Assembly (NCBI GenBank): GCA_964014485.1
Contig: CAXHAT010000069.1
Coordinates: 1-36,419, forward strand
Length of the DNA stretch: 36,419 bases
From: an uncultured Deferribacteres bacterium
GTDB taxonomy: Bacteria; Zhuqueibacterota; Zhuqueibacteria; Zhuqueibacterales; Geothermadaptataceae
Reading direction: 5' to 3'
In this document: piece after piece, positions 1-8,918 of the stretch
Position numbering within the stretch: the stretch's first letter is position 1
Layout: the number at the start of each line of letters is the position of its first letter
Position numbers and translations under genes: made by a program
The notes under the pieces: model-generated
Databases searched by the model: none
The model's input: only the letters and a program-made list of their open reading frames with translations
Told to the model about the DNA's origin: nothing

Positions 1-893
1 GCTTGCAGCTTGAGCAGCCGCGTTTTAAGTTCATCAATACGCGGAATCTGCAATTCAAGGCGCGCCAGGGTCGGCGCTTTTTTCTCGAGATTGTCTATTT
101 GCCCCAGCAAACCTTGCGTTCGATTTTCAAGAATCTTTCTTTCGCTGCTGACGTCGATCAATTGACTCTCAATGTTTTCCAAGCGCCCGTCGAGTTTTTC
201 CGGGGACATCTTCGCAATTGAGACGTCGTTCTCACGCTTAAAATCCGCCAAGGCCGACTCAGAATCGACGAGCCGCACATATGCTTCTTCGATTTGCTCT
301 TTGTAAAAATTGCTCAGGACGTTAATGCGCTTTTGCAGCGTTTCGAGATGCAAATCGACGAATTCTTCGCCGACGGTTTCAGCCAACAAATACACCTTGT
401 CCTGACTATGGGACGTCACCGAAACTTTGATCATTTGCCCGCCCCGGTGATCCGTTTGCATTCGCTCCAGCAAATCGATCACGGCTTCTTCCTGCGGATC
501 AAGCGCCCCGGCGATTCCGAGCGAATGCTTAACTCGGGACACAAATTGCGCAATCGCGCTTTTTTCTTCTCTCGCAGCGCGTTCTTCTTCGGAAAGCGTA
601 TCGACTTTTGCCCAGTAGGCGCGCACGACGCGGCGTGCAAAATTTTGGCTGGTGAGCATGTCCATGTAGTTGCCAACGGTCAAGTCCGGACTGACGTCAA
701 TATCTGAAGTCAAAATCCGGGTGATTGCATCGTCGGCGACTTCAAGCGAAAGAGAAGTCTCGAAGGTGGGCTTTTGCAGCGACAAGAGCCCGATTAGCGG
801 CAGCACAACCAGTGTTACACAAAGTATGATGAACATTCTGCGCCGGTATAAAAGGCGCAGATGTTGATCGATATGGAGCGTATCAAAGTCCAT
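1..893 (-). CDS. Polysaccharide chain-length determinant / Wzz-Wzc (GumC)-like protein, 3' end outside the window
   Basis: Absent from the ORF track because it runs off the edge. ATG at 893 with GGAGG RBS (cctcc 901-905). Reads MDFDTLHIDQHLRLLYRRRMFIILCVTLVVLPLIGLLSLQKPTFETSLSLEV...VGNYMDMLTSQNFARRVV, the typical Wzz N-terminus (basic patch, TM helix, P-x-F/Y, L-x-S). Confidence 0.8.
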   Translation of the reverse strand, partial: MDFDTLHIDQHLRLLYRRRMFIILCVTLVVLPLIGLLSLQKPTFETSLSLEVADDAITRILTSDIDVSPDLTVGNYMDMLTSQNFARRVVRAYWAKVDTLSEEERAAREEKSAIAQFVSRVKHSLGIAGALDPQEEAVIDLLERMQTDHRGGQMIKVSVTSHSQDKVYLLAETVGEEFVDLHLETLQKRINVLSNFYKEQIEEAYVRLVDSESALADFKRENDVSIAKMSPEKLDGRLENIESQLIDVSSERKILENRTQGLLGQIDNLEKKAPTLARLELQIPRIDELKTRLLKLQ

Positions 894-926
894 TTTGCAA
901 CCTCCAGATCACAAACTTGGGGATTT

Positions 927-1877
927 TTAGTTTTTTACGGCGGTTTTCTCGACGCCGCTATTCACAGCCCGTACCGGCTTCCATTTATTTTGGTGCGGCT
1001 TCACCTGCACCGTGCGGATTCGCTTTTTTGCTCGCGGCAGCCTTGATTCCGCGATTAAAGAGTTAAGCGTCTCTTGTTGAGGAATCCCGTCTTTGGCTTC
1101 ATATAATGAGTGAAAAACAATATCGCGGAGTTCTTGCAAATTTCCTGGCCAGTCATGTTTTTTCAGTATATTCAGGCTTTCTTGTGAAAAAATCGGCGGG
1201 ATTGTGTGATATTCTACGGCGAATTCGCGTCTAAAATAGTTCGCGAAAGGCGGTATGTCTTCTTTTCGCTCTCTCAAAGGCGGCAGAAAAAAGGTGTAAG
1301 TTGACAGTCGGAAAAAGAGCGCTTTCAGGATGGCGTTAAATTCAACGGCTTCATCAAAATCATACTGAGCTGAAGCCAGAACTCGAATATTCGCTTGAAT
1401 TTCTCTGCTCGAAGACGGAGCCGTCAGACATTTATCCTGCAGCAAAAACAACAATTCACATTGCAATTCCGGCGATAGTTTGTCGACGTTTTTTAAATAT
1501 ATTGTCGCCGACAAGCGCCGTTCGCTCGCCTCCGTCCGATTCTCCGGCAGAGGACGGCCTTGTTTGTGGATAAGAATTTCCTTGAAACTCGAGGAACGGA
1601 AGGTTGCACAATTGATCGCAATGAAGTCTTCTCTGCGGTCGCATCCGCAATAGTGGAGCAGTCTGGCGAGCGTTTCTTTGCCTGCGCCGTTTTCACCGAT
1701 AAACAAAACCGGCGACCGGCTGGCGTAAAGTTTTGGCAGGAATTTGTAAATCCGATCTGCGGAAGCTTGCTTAGAATCTAGCAGCAAAGCGTGAGGCAGA
1801 AATTTTTCGTCAACGCGTGTGAAACATAAAGAAGGCGCGTTTTCGAGAATAGCTCTCGTCCCTGGTTGCAAGCGCAT
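927..1877 (-). CDS. Sigma54-interaction (bEBP AAA+) domain protein, degenerate
   Basis: PVLFIGENGAGKE Walker A, FIAINCA, LQCELL, LFFRL, LPPLRERKEDIP and WPGNLQEL are bEBP motifs. GAFTGA is absent, Walker B reads YLKNV, and no clear Fis HTH is present. Confidence 0.85.
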   Translation of the reverse strand: MRLQPGTRAILENAPSLCFTRVDEKFLPHALLLDSKQASADRIYKFLPKLYASRSPVLFIGENGAGKETLARLLHYCGCDRREDFIAINCATFRSSSFKEILIHKQGRPLPENRTEASERRLSATIYLKNVDKLSPELQCELLFLLQDKCLTAPSSSREIQANIRVLASAQYDFDEAVEFNAILKALFFRLSTYTFFLPPLRERKEDIPPFANYFRREFAVEYHTIPPIFSQESLNILKKHDWPGNLQELRDIVFHSLYEAKDGIPQQETLNSLIAESRLPRAKKRIRTVQVKPHQNKWKPVRAVNSGVEKTAVKN

Positions 1878-2291
1878 GATGATCTTCCCTGTATCTCTTG
1901 CAATGACGTCCGGACGTCCTTAAGACGTCAATTCCATCCGGGCCCCATTTTACATGGAATTTTGTGTTTATTGTAAACAGCCTAGACGTCATGTCGAGTT
2001 TGTCATGCCCGCATTCGTCCGGAATGCGAACAAGAATGGATTTAGAGTCGACGAACTCTCGAATTAGTGAACCTCCTGCGGTTGAAATCGCATTTTGGCT
2101 CGCATCGAAAGATCAAATAAATTGCTCCTCTAAGCCCCAGTCAGCAGGCGGCCAAATCATAACGATGATTTTTGCGCCCCGCGCCTGTTTCTGAAATTCA
2201 AGCTTGACAAGCTCTGCCAGTATCGCTGCAAGTGTACCGCACCGTTTTTGCAAGTGCGGAAGTTTTACAGAAAATAAATTTTGAGTTAAAC

Positions 2292-4310
2292 CTAGCCTTT
2301 TTTCGTGACGTTGAGCATGATTTCATTCGGGATCAAGTAGACGCCTGTTCTGCGATCTTTGCCGCGAAAAACGCAGTTCTTTTCTAAATTTTCAAGAAAA
2401 CCAAGGACTTCTTGGGAGAGGTGTTCCGGGTTCTTCATGTAGGCTGGGGCAGTTATCACAAAAATGCGACGCTCGCCGCGATTTTCAATCACTTGCTGTA
2501 GCATTGCCAAGCTGGAGAGAATCGGGGTTCCGGTGTAAATGTCTACTCGTTCAGCCGCTCCATTCTTGCTTTGGTGCAAGTAAGCCTTTGTCCGAAGCCA
2601 GTAATCAACTCGATCCAAATATTGAGATTGCGCAAGCAAGTCAACCGCAATAACCACATCGTCCGGGGCGGCGTTTTCTGCGACAAAAGCCGCGGCCCCT
2701 GCATGATCAGGCATTATTTCAATATGCGATCCGGGAGCTGTTCGATGATTTACTATGTCTCCGTAATTTCGCCGCAACACGTCCGACAACTTTCTGGGGC
2801 CTATCTGCTCACAGGCGATCAAAAAGGCGCCAAGCGTTGCAACTTGAAAAACGATGCACGTCCTGGAATGCATCTTTTTGGAAGCCAGGTATTCTCTCAA
2901 GCTCTGGGCGACTCTATATATAATGTATGAGAACAAAAGTATGAAGAGCGGGTTCAGGTAAAAGTTGAGGCGGTATTCCACAAATTTGCTAACGAGAAAA
3001 CCATTTGCGAAAAGGGGAAGCAGAAACCCGGCAAGCAGCAGTTCCCCTGCGTTGATTTCAGTCTTTCTTTGCGTCGAAAGAATCAGCTTTGCCGCTCCTA
3101 AGATAACGACCAGAGTCATCACGGGGAATGCCTTGGCGAATCCAATGATATAAAGCTTTGGATATCCAAACGCCGCTTTGAGGCTCTCACCCAACTGCTG
3201 CAAATTAAATTCGCCAACGCTCTCCGCCAAAACCTGGAATATTCCGCCGAGGATGATAATGGAAATCGTTAACCGCACATTTCGATCTGAAAACCCGGCG
3301 GGGCCTCGGCCACCAAACAGAAGATAAATGATTAAAACGAGCATGGCTGCGAGCGTTTGGTCTCCAGCTACGGCGGCTAACGCAATAAGTGGAAGCCAAG
3401 CTTTTCCAAATATTTGCACAAATCGCGCGTTAGGCTTGAATCTGCTCACACCGAAGAACAGGGCCGCCGCCAACACACCGGCGTAAACCATTGGGAGCGG
3501 CGCCTTGGCGGCAACAGCGGCGACTGCCGTTTTTAATATGTCCATCGCTTCGCCGCCAAAGCCAATTTGAATCAAAAGGAATTGCAAAAACGCAATCCCC
3601 CCAACAATCCCGCTCGCCAGGAAATAAAAGAGTATGTTTCGTCCCGAACGCTGACGACGCATTCCCAGATAAAAATACAGCAGCGCCAAGGTTCCGCCCA
3701 ACAGATGCACAAAAACCGTCGCGACCGAAACAATAACGGAAATTCTCATCCAGGAGCGGTGATTCTCTAACACGCCGCGAGAAATCGCATAGATTGCAAA
3801 CAAATAGAAAAATGCAAACGCTTCATACATCCGCGCATGTCTGGCGAATTCCAGATCCCAAAACGACACAGTTTGAATCAGCATCGCCATCAGCCCGACA
3901 TACGGAGAAAAGAACCTTCTGCCGAGGGCGAACAGCAGCAGACCGATTCCAAGACTGAAAAGCATGGACGGAATTCTCAGGCTAAATTCTGAAAGACCGA
4001 CAAGGCTCGCAAAAAAGGCTGAAATGTAAATTGTTATTGGAGATCGAAAATAATAGTCCCCTGATGGCAGTTGGGGAAGCCCGTTTTCCAGAGCGCTAGA
4101 AACCGCCAGTGCGGTAATGTCTTCGTCGGCCCAAAAATTTAAATCGCCTAATCGATAGAATCTCAGCGCCAAAGAAATGATGCACAAAACCAAGACTGAA
4201 ATTTGAATGACAGTCTGAAGTTTTAACGACGTAAAAAACTTTTGCAAAGGCGCTCCCCTCGGCAGAGGCGGGCTTTCTTCGGCAGTGTTTAGATGAACAT
4301 CCCGCAGCAC
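2292..4310 (-). CDS. GT-C membrane glycosyltransferase (PMT/ArnT-like)
   Basis: 672 aa polytopic protein with LRFYRLGDLNFWADE (conserved DE after TM1), SLRIPSMLF and ARHARMY motifs. Exact start uncertain (GTG). Confidence 0.8.
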   Translation of the reverse strand: MLRDVHLNTAEESPPLPRGAPLQKFFTSLKLQTVIQISVLVLCIISLALRFYRLGDLNFWADEDITALAVSSALENGLPQLPSGDYYFRSPITIYISAFFASLVGLSEFSLRIPSMLFSLGIGLLLFALGRRFFSPYVGLMAMLIQTVSFWDLEFARHARMYEAFAFFYLFAIYAISRGVLENHRSWMRISVIVSVATVFVHLLGGTLALLYFYLGMRRQRSGRNILFYFLASGIVGGIAFLQFLLIQIGFGGEAMDILKTAVAAVAAKAPLPMVYAGVLAAALFFGVSRFKPNARFVQIFGKAWLPLIALAAVAGDQTLAAMLVLIIYLLFGGRGPAGFSDRNVRLTISIIILGGIFQVLAESVGEFNLQQLGESLKAAFGYPKLYIIGFAKAFPVMTLVVILGAAKLILSTQRKTEINAGELLLAGFLLPLFANGFLVSKFVEYRLNFYLNPLFILLFSYIIYRVAQSLREYLASKKMHSRTCIVFQVATLGAFLIACEQIGPRKLSDVLRRNYGDIVNHRTAPGSHIEIMPDHAGAAAFVAENAAPDDVVIAVDLLAQSQYLDRVDYWLRTKAYLHQSKNGAAERVDIYTGTPILSSLAMLQQVIENRGERRIFVITAPAYMKNPEHLSQEVLGFLENLEKNCVFRGKDRRTGVYLIPNEIMLNVTKKG

Positions 4311-4480
4311 AATCTAACGACGTCCATTCGCTTGGTCCAAATCCCTGGAGTTTCCAGAAAGTGTACGCAATTCAATTCTCGCTTGCGGAATTTGGACGCA
4401 TTGTCCGTCGTTCCCCGAATCGTGTTTTCTCGTTCTGTCTCTCGGTATTTTTAAAAATTTTCAAACAAGGCGAAACCTTT

Positions 4481-4503
4481 CTGTCTATAATCAGTATAGA
4501 CAG
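4481..4503. promoter_or_regulatory. Putative GntR/YtrA-type operator overlapping a TATAAT -10 box
   Basis: Perfect palindrome CTGTCTATA-atcag-TATAGACAG with TATAAT at 4486-4491, 70 bp upstream of a GntR-domain gene. Confidence 0.75.
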
Positions 4504-4572
4504 TCGGCACAATTCTAAAAGCGCTTCAGGCAGTACGTTGTTTTTCCAAAATTCTCTTACCGGAGCTTTTTC

Positions 4573-6078
4573 ATGCTCTTACACTTGACCGACCATTCCT
4601 CCGAGCCGATGCACAAGCAGATTTCGCGGCAGTTGATTGAGCGCATTTTGACGGGCGATCTGGTCGAAAACGGCAAACTCATGGCGCCGAGGGCTTTGGC
4701 GCGCGCGCAGCACGTCAGCGTAAGCACGGTTGAGCGCGTCTACGCTGAGCTTGTCGATTTGGAATTGATTCTTCAAAAAGAAGGCCGCGGCTACTTCGTG
4801 AATTCGCTTTCCGTCGAAAAAAAGCAAGAAATTGCCATGCAGCTTTTAAGCTCGGACGCCTCGCCGCTCAACATCGTCAAAAACGTTTCGGAAATGCTGG
4901 TCTCGGTGTTCGATCCTTCAAAACTCACCAGCGTCTTCGCGGATAGTCTCAAGCAATATTTTCTCTCCAAAGACGTTTTCTTCATTCTCACGCAGAAAGA
5001 CGGCGCGTTACAATTTTTCCCGCAAAACGCTTTCAAAGGCCTGGATGAGGTCAGGCCCAGCGATGATTTTCTGCAAAAACTTCGCGAAACAAAACTGCCG
5101 GTCGCCGTCGAAACGCTTTGCCCAGGCGACGGAAAAAGCGCCGTTTGCCGAATGTTGTTGGAAAAAAACGTCAAACTCGTTGCACCTGTTGTTTCCGAAG
5201 AAAAGCTCCGAGGATTTATCGCTTTAACTGAAAAGAAAACCGGCGCAGGATATGTTTATTCGGACATGATGCTGCTTTCCGTGCTTGCCAGACAATTCGC
5301 CACTGCGCTGACCGTCGCGACGATGTACATGGACACGCTCGAAAAACGCCAGCTCGATGAAGAACTCTCAATGGCGCGGCAAATTCAACAAGATCTTCTG
5401 CCACGCGAATTGCCGGACGATGAAGATTTTCAAATTGCCGCGTCGTCCGAACCTTCAAAAGCCGTGGGCGGCGATTTTTATGATTACCTGCCCCTGGACG
5501 AAAATCGTTTTGGCCTGGTCATCGCCGATGCTTGCGGCAAGGGCATGCCCGCCGCGATGTTAATTTCACAAATTCAGGCGATTCTTAAGAGCGAAGCCAG
5601 AACCGGCGCATCGATCAGCGAAATTATGACCAATATGAACAAGCATCTGCTGCGTTACACTTCGGCGCGCAATTTCGCCACGCTGTTTTTCGGAATTTTC
5701 AATCGCAAAACAATGACGCTCGAGTTCGCCAACGCCGGGCACAACAACCCGATTTTGGCGAAGAGCGACGGTAAATCTGAATTACTCCAAACAACCGGCC
5801 CGGCCCTCGGCATTCTTCACGAGACCGAATTTGCCACCGAAATCGTTCAACTGGAGCGCGGCGACAATTTGCTGCTCTATTCCGACGGCGTGACCGAAAC
5901 GATGAACGCCGCCAGCGATGAGTTCGGTGAAGACAAGCTTTCACAAACATTTTCCGCCAACCTGGACAAACCGGCGGAAGCGTTGATTCAGGAAATATTG
6001 AAAGAAGTAAACGAATTCCAGCACTCCAGCGCCCTGCCCGACGACCGGACAGTGATGGTCTTGAAAGTTTCCAAATGA
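4573..6078 (+). CDS. GntR wHTH - GAF-like - PP2C (SpoIIE/RsbU) phosphatase fusion
   Basis: N-terminal RALARAQHVSVSTVERVYAELV...EGRGYFV (GntR). Central LVAPVVSEEKLRGFIAL...DMMLLSVLARQFATAL (GAF-like). C-terminal VGGDFYD, IADACGKG, NAGH, YSDGVTE, DDRT (PP2C). Confidence 0.9.
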   Translation: MLLHLTDHSSEPMHKQISRQLIERILTGDLVENGKLMAPRALARAQHVSVSTVERVYAELVDLELILQKEGRGYFVNSLSVEKKQEIAMQLLSSDASPLNIVKNVSEMLVSVFDPSKLTSVFADSLKQYFLSKDVFFILTQKDGALQFFPQNAFKGLDEVRPSDDFLQKLRETKLPVAVETLCPGDGKSAVCRMLLEKNVKLVAPVVSEEKLRGFIALTEKKTGAGYVYSDMMLLSVLARQFATALTVATMYMDTLEKRQLDEELSMARQIQQDLLPRELPDDEDFQIAASSEPSKAVGGDFYDYLPLDENRFGLVIADACGKGMPAAMLISQIQAILKSEARTGASISEIMTNMNKHLLRYTSARNFATLFFGIFNRKTMTLEFANAGHNNPILAKSDGKSELLQTTGPALGILHETEFATEIVQLERGDNLLLYSDGVTETMNAASDEFGEDKLSQTFSANLDKPAEALIQEILKEVNEFQHSSALPDDRTVMVLKVSK

Positions 6079-6102
6079 GTAAACAATCGAGGAGGTTTTA
6101 TC

Positions 6103-6735
6103 ATGAAAATTGCGCAGAAATACATCCAGGGCCCAGTCATGTTCTGGACAATCGTGACAACCTTGTTCGCCTGGCTGCCATTGGTCAGAATCATTGCCCG
6201 CCCCGAAGGTTACCAATGGGGCATTCTCGGACTCTCCGGCGAGGGAACGCAAGGCCCGTATTGGTTTTTTATTCTGCTGACGATCTACGTGCTCGCGCTG
6301 CTATACACAGCCAACCGGGGACCGCGCGCAGCTTTTCATCCAATGTTAATTTTGTGGCATCTTGCCGTGACCGCCGCCGTTGTCGCGGGCGTGATTGTCA
6401 GCGGTTCGGAAGCCGTTTGGCAAGGCCAGGGCCTGCATTGGACGATCCCGCTCTGGCTGCTGGCCGTGCCGTGCTTGTTGGCGACGACGCTCGCAGTAAT
6501 CTGGGCAGTGACCGATTTTCGGCGCGGCGAAACTCCCGCAAAAGCTGTGTGGACGCGTGCCAATTCAAAAAAGCTGGCAATCTCACTGCTATTGCTTGTC
6601 GTTGCAATGGCGCTTTTTCGGGCTGGCACCAACTACAATTGGGTGACGGCGGCGGCGATCATTACGACTATTTTTCATTGGATTTTGCTGGCTGAATCGT
6701 TCCAGAAAATACAGCCTCATGCGAGCACAACCTGA
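6103..6735 (+). CDS. Hypothetical multi-pass membrane protein (about 6 TM)
   Basis: GGAGG RBS at about 6090-6095, hydrophobic segments, co-oriented 24 bp after the PP2C fusion. Confidence 0.75.
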   Translation: MKIAQKYIQGPVMFWTIVTTLFAWLPLVRIIARPEGYQWGILGLSGEGTQGPYWFFILLTIYVLALLYTANRGPRAAFHPMLILWHLAVTAAVVAGVIVSGSEAVWQGQGLHWTIPLWLLAVPCLLATTLAVIWAVTDFRRGETPAKAVWTRANSKKLAISLLLLVVAMALFRAGTNYNWVTAAAIITTIFHWILLAESFQKIQPHASTT

Positions 6736-6748
6736 CAATATCCACACA

Positions 6749-7002
6749 CCCCGGACAAGTCGGAACAAAGCATCGGCGCTTATTCAACACCGGCACTTAA
6801 CGCAGAGACGCTGAGATCGGAGAGCTTGCGGAGTTTTTTAAAACAATCGTTTCAAGCTTTTGTTAAGAGTTTTTATGCCTGGGATCTGGGCAACATTGGA
6901 CTCACAATCAAGCTTCTCTGCGATTCTCAGCGTCCTTTGTCCCGAACGGCCGGGATTTTGAAAAGTCTTGCCAGAAGCTTGTGCTCGAATGCTTTTGTCG
7001 AG
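6749..7002. repeat. Family C composite palindromic element, copy 1
   Basis: cccggacaagtcggaacaaag, then aacgcagagacgctgag...gcggagtttt, an inverted ctctgcgattctcagcgt and ttttgaaaagtcttgccagaagcttgtgctcgaatgctttt. All parts recur at 9825-10292; the first parts recur at 13703-13830. Confidence 0.75.
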
Positions 7003-7048
7003 AATGACAGAGAATGACTCAATAGACTTTTAGAAAGCCACCTAGCGA

Positions 7049-7447
7049 ATGCTTCTCAATTTAAGCGACCTTTCTTCCGAATCCCTGCAAAGCCAGATCA
7101 TCCGCCAAATTCGTGCGAAGATTTTGGCGGGCGATCTCGCTTCAGGGACACAACTGCCTTCGATTAGAGCGTTGGCGCGCGAACAAAAAGTCAGCGTCAT
7201 CACCGTTCAGCGCGCCTACGAGCACCTCGACCGGGAAAAGCTGATAATTTCGCGGCGGGGGAAAGGCTTTTTTGTCCTGGAAATCCAGGACGACGATAAA
7301 AAAGAAATGGCCAGACAGCGGCTTGCGGAGAATCTGGAGCCGCACATCGACGCGGCGCTGGCGGAAGGGCTCACACTCGAAGACGTCAAGGAATCTGTTG
7401 AAGACGTTTTGTTAAATCACAATCATCAAAACCCGAATGATAAATAA
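7049..7447 (+). CDS. GntR family regulator, YtrA subfamily
   Basis: 132 aa; QLPSIRALAREQKVSVITVQRAYEHL...RRGKGFFV, short helical C-terminus, located upstream of an ABC ATPase. Confidence 0.92.
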   Translation: MLLNLSDLSSESLQSQIIRQIRAKILAGDLASGTQLPSIRALAREQKVSVITVQRAYEHLDREKLIISRRGKGFFVLEIQDDDKKEMARQRLAENLEPHIDAALAEGLTLEDVKESVEDVLLNHNHQNPNDK

Positions 7448-7623
7448 CCCAAGTTGTGACCTTCGTTTGGAAAGGGACGAGGAGTGCAAAGCTTGCTTTG
7501 CCTTCCACCCCCTTTTCAAAAAATTCACAGCAAAATCAGGGTGTTTTAAACAAAAAAACGGCGACGGAATCGCAAGGCAAGCCTTGCACTCCATTTTTTA
7601 GCTTTAGGTCACAACTTGGGTTA
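7445..7623. mobile_element. MITE-like element family A, complete
   Basis: Perfect 18-bp inverted repeats taacccaagttgtgacct (7445-7462) / aggtcacaacttgggtta (7606-7623) enclose an inverted pair ggagtgcaaagcttgctttgc / gcaaggcaagccttgcactcc. Confidence 0.8.
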
Positions 7624-7628
7624 AATAA

Positions 7629-7876
7629 TTGATGTTACGCGCGGCAACGTACATCCTCAATCTTGAAGCAAACATCGTCTCATTAGCGCCGGGCTTCAGC
7701 CCGGTGACGCACAATGCGCTCATTTTTATCTCTTCCGCTCCCGAAACGTCGGGACGGCGGAAGAGATGGGACAACCGTCTTCAAGAATCTCCGCTCTGAA
7801 GAGCGGAGCTAATGAGAATCAAAAGTTGTCACCAGACTCTGAGCGCTTGTGCCAAACGACGCGTGCGTAACATCAG
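7629..7876. mobile_element. MITE-like element family B, copy 1, with 8-bp target duplication
   Basis: Ends ttgatgttacgcgc / gtgcgtaacatcag, flanked by TTAAATAA at 7621-7628 and 7877-7884. Internal hairpins ctcattagc...gctaatgag, ccgggcttcagcccgg and tctcttccgc...gcggaagaga. Confidence 0.82.
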
Positions 7877-7884
7877 TTAAATAA

Positions 7885-7978
7885 ATTCCAAACACCAAAT
7901 TCATGAAGACGCTGGAAGCCGATTGAAATTTGTTATTTGGAAATTATTCGAGATTTATCATTTGGCTTTTGGGATTTT
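7885..7978. repeat. Degenerate 7-nt periodic repeats in inverted arrangement
   Basis: attccaaacaccaaattca followed by ttgaaatttgttatttggaaatt...atttggcttttgggatttt. Confidence 0.5.
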
Positions 7979-8032
7979 ATTATCAACGAAGTTAAACTGA
8001 ATTGAAGTTGTAAATACCATCGGAGAGCAGAA

Positions 8033-8917
8033 ATGACCAATGCATTCACCATTCGCGGGCTGAAAAAGCAGTACAAAAACTTTGTTCTCGGCCCGGTCGA
8101 TCTCGAACTCGCGCCGGGAACAGTGCTCGCCTACGTCGGCCCAAACGGTTCCGGGAAATCGACGACGATGCACTGCCAGACCGGTCTGGTGCGCCCCGAT
8201 TCCGGCAGCATCGAAATCTTTGGGCGCGAGAACGATCTCAACAAGCCGGAATGGAAGCTCGACGTTGGCTATGTCGGCGACATTCACTGCTTTTACGAAA
8301 ATTGGTCCGGGCAAAAAAATCTGAATTTTCTCTCGGATTTTTACCCGGATTGGTCGCACCAACGCGCCGAGACGCTGGCGCAGCGCTTTCGCCTCAATTT
8401 AAACGAAAAAGCGAAAAACCTCTCCACCGGCGACCGCGCCAAGCTCGCAATTATTGCCGCGCTCGCACATTGGCCGCGCCTGCTGATTCTCGACGAGCCG
8501 ACCGCCGGGCTCGATCCGGTTGTGCGCACCGAAGTGCTGGACGTTTTTTTTGAATTTATGGAAGACGGCGAACGCGCCATTTTCATCTCAACGCACATTC
8601 TTTCCGACATCAGCCGCCTCGCCGACGAACTGGCCTTTCTGGACAATGGGCGAATCACGCGCCAGACCGCGAAAGATGATTTGACCGACAAATGGCGGCG
8701 CATCACTTTTCAATTCAACGGCAATACGCTCAAAGTTGACGCGGCGGTCGTGGAAAATCATGAAGGCCGCGACCACCAGGTGATCAGTACGGATCACGAA
8801 AAGACCTTGAAGCAGCTCGGTGAAATCGGCGCCGAGAATATTCAGCAATCGCGCATGAGCATCGATGAAATCGCGGTGCAAATACTCAAGGACGGGCACA
8901 ATGTGGCGGCTAATTAA
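8033..8917 (+). CDS. ABC transporter ATP-binding protein (YtrB/YhcG-like, ABC-2 type)
   Basis: GPNGSGKST Walker A, LSTGD signature, LILDEPT Walker B, STH switch; GGAG RBS. Confidence 0.95.
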   Translation: MTNAFTIRGLKKQYKNFVLGPVDLELAPGTVLAYVGPNGSGKSTTMHCQTGLVRPDSGSIEIFGRENDLNKPEWKLDVGYVGDIHCFYENWSGQKNLNFLSDFYPDWSHQRAETLAQRFRLNLNEKAKNLSTGDRAKLAIIAALAHWPRLLILDEPTAGLDPVVRTEVLDVFFEFMEDGERAIFISTHILSDISRLADELAFLDNGRITRQTAKDDLTDKWRRITFQFNGNTLKVDAAVVENHEGRDHQVISTDHEKTLKQLGEIGAENIQQSRMSIDEIAVQILKDGHNVAAN

Positions 8918-8918
8918 A
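8901..8918 (+). pseudogene. Probable relic N-terminus (MWRLIK) of a deleted permease gene
   Basis: ATGTGGCGGCTAATTAAA overlaps the ATPase stop, is preceded by AAGGA, resembles MWKILK of the 10344 permease, and runs straight into a half element A. Confidence 0.45.

Noticed and set aside
3..867. Plus-strand ORFs 3-221, 294-707 and 670-867
   Set aside because: Antisense shadows of the Wzz/Wzc-like gene.
1878..2291. Sigma54 -24/-12 promoter near the bEBP-like gene
   Set aside because: The TGGCA candidates inspected do not give GG-N10-GC spacing.
6075..6695. 206-aa alternative-frame ORF overlapping the PP2C stop
   Set aside because: Arg-rich shadow frame; the 6103 frame has the RBS and a sensible membrane composition.
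7861..7882. dif/pdif-like site (gtgcgtaac...gttaaat)
   Set aside because: Spacing and arms do not fit the 11-6-11 XerC/XerD layout; the sequence is the family B end plus its target.
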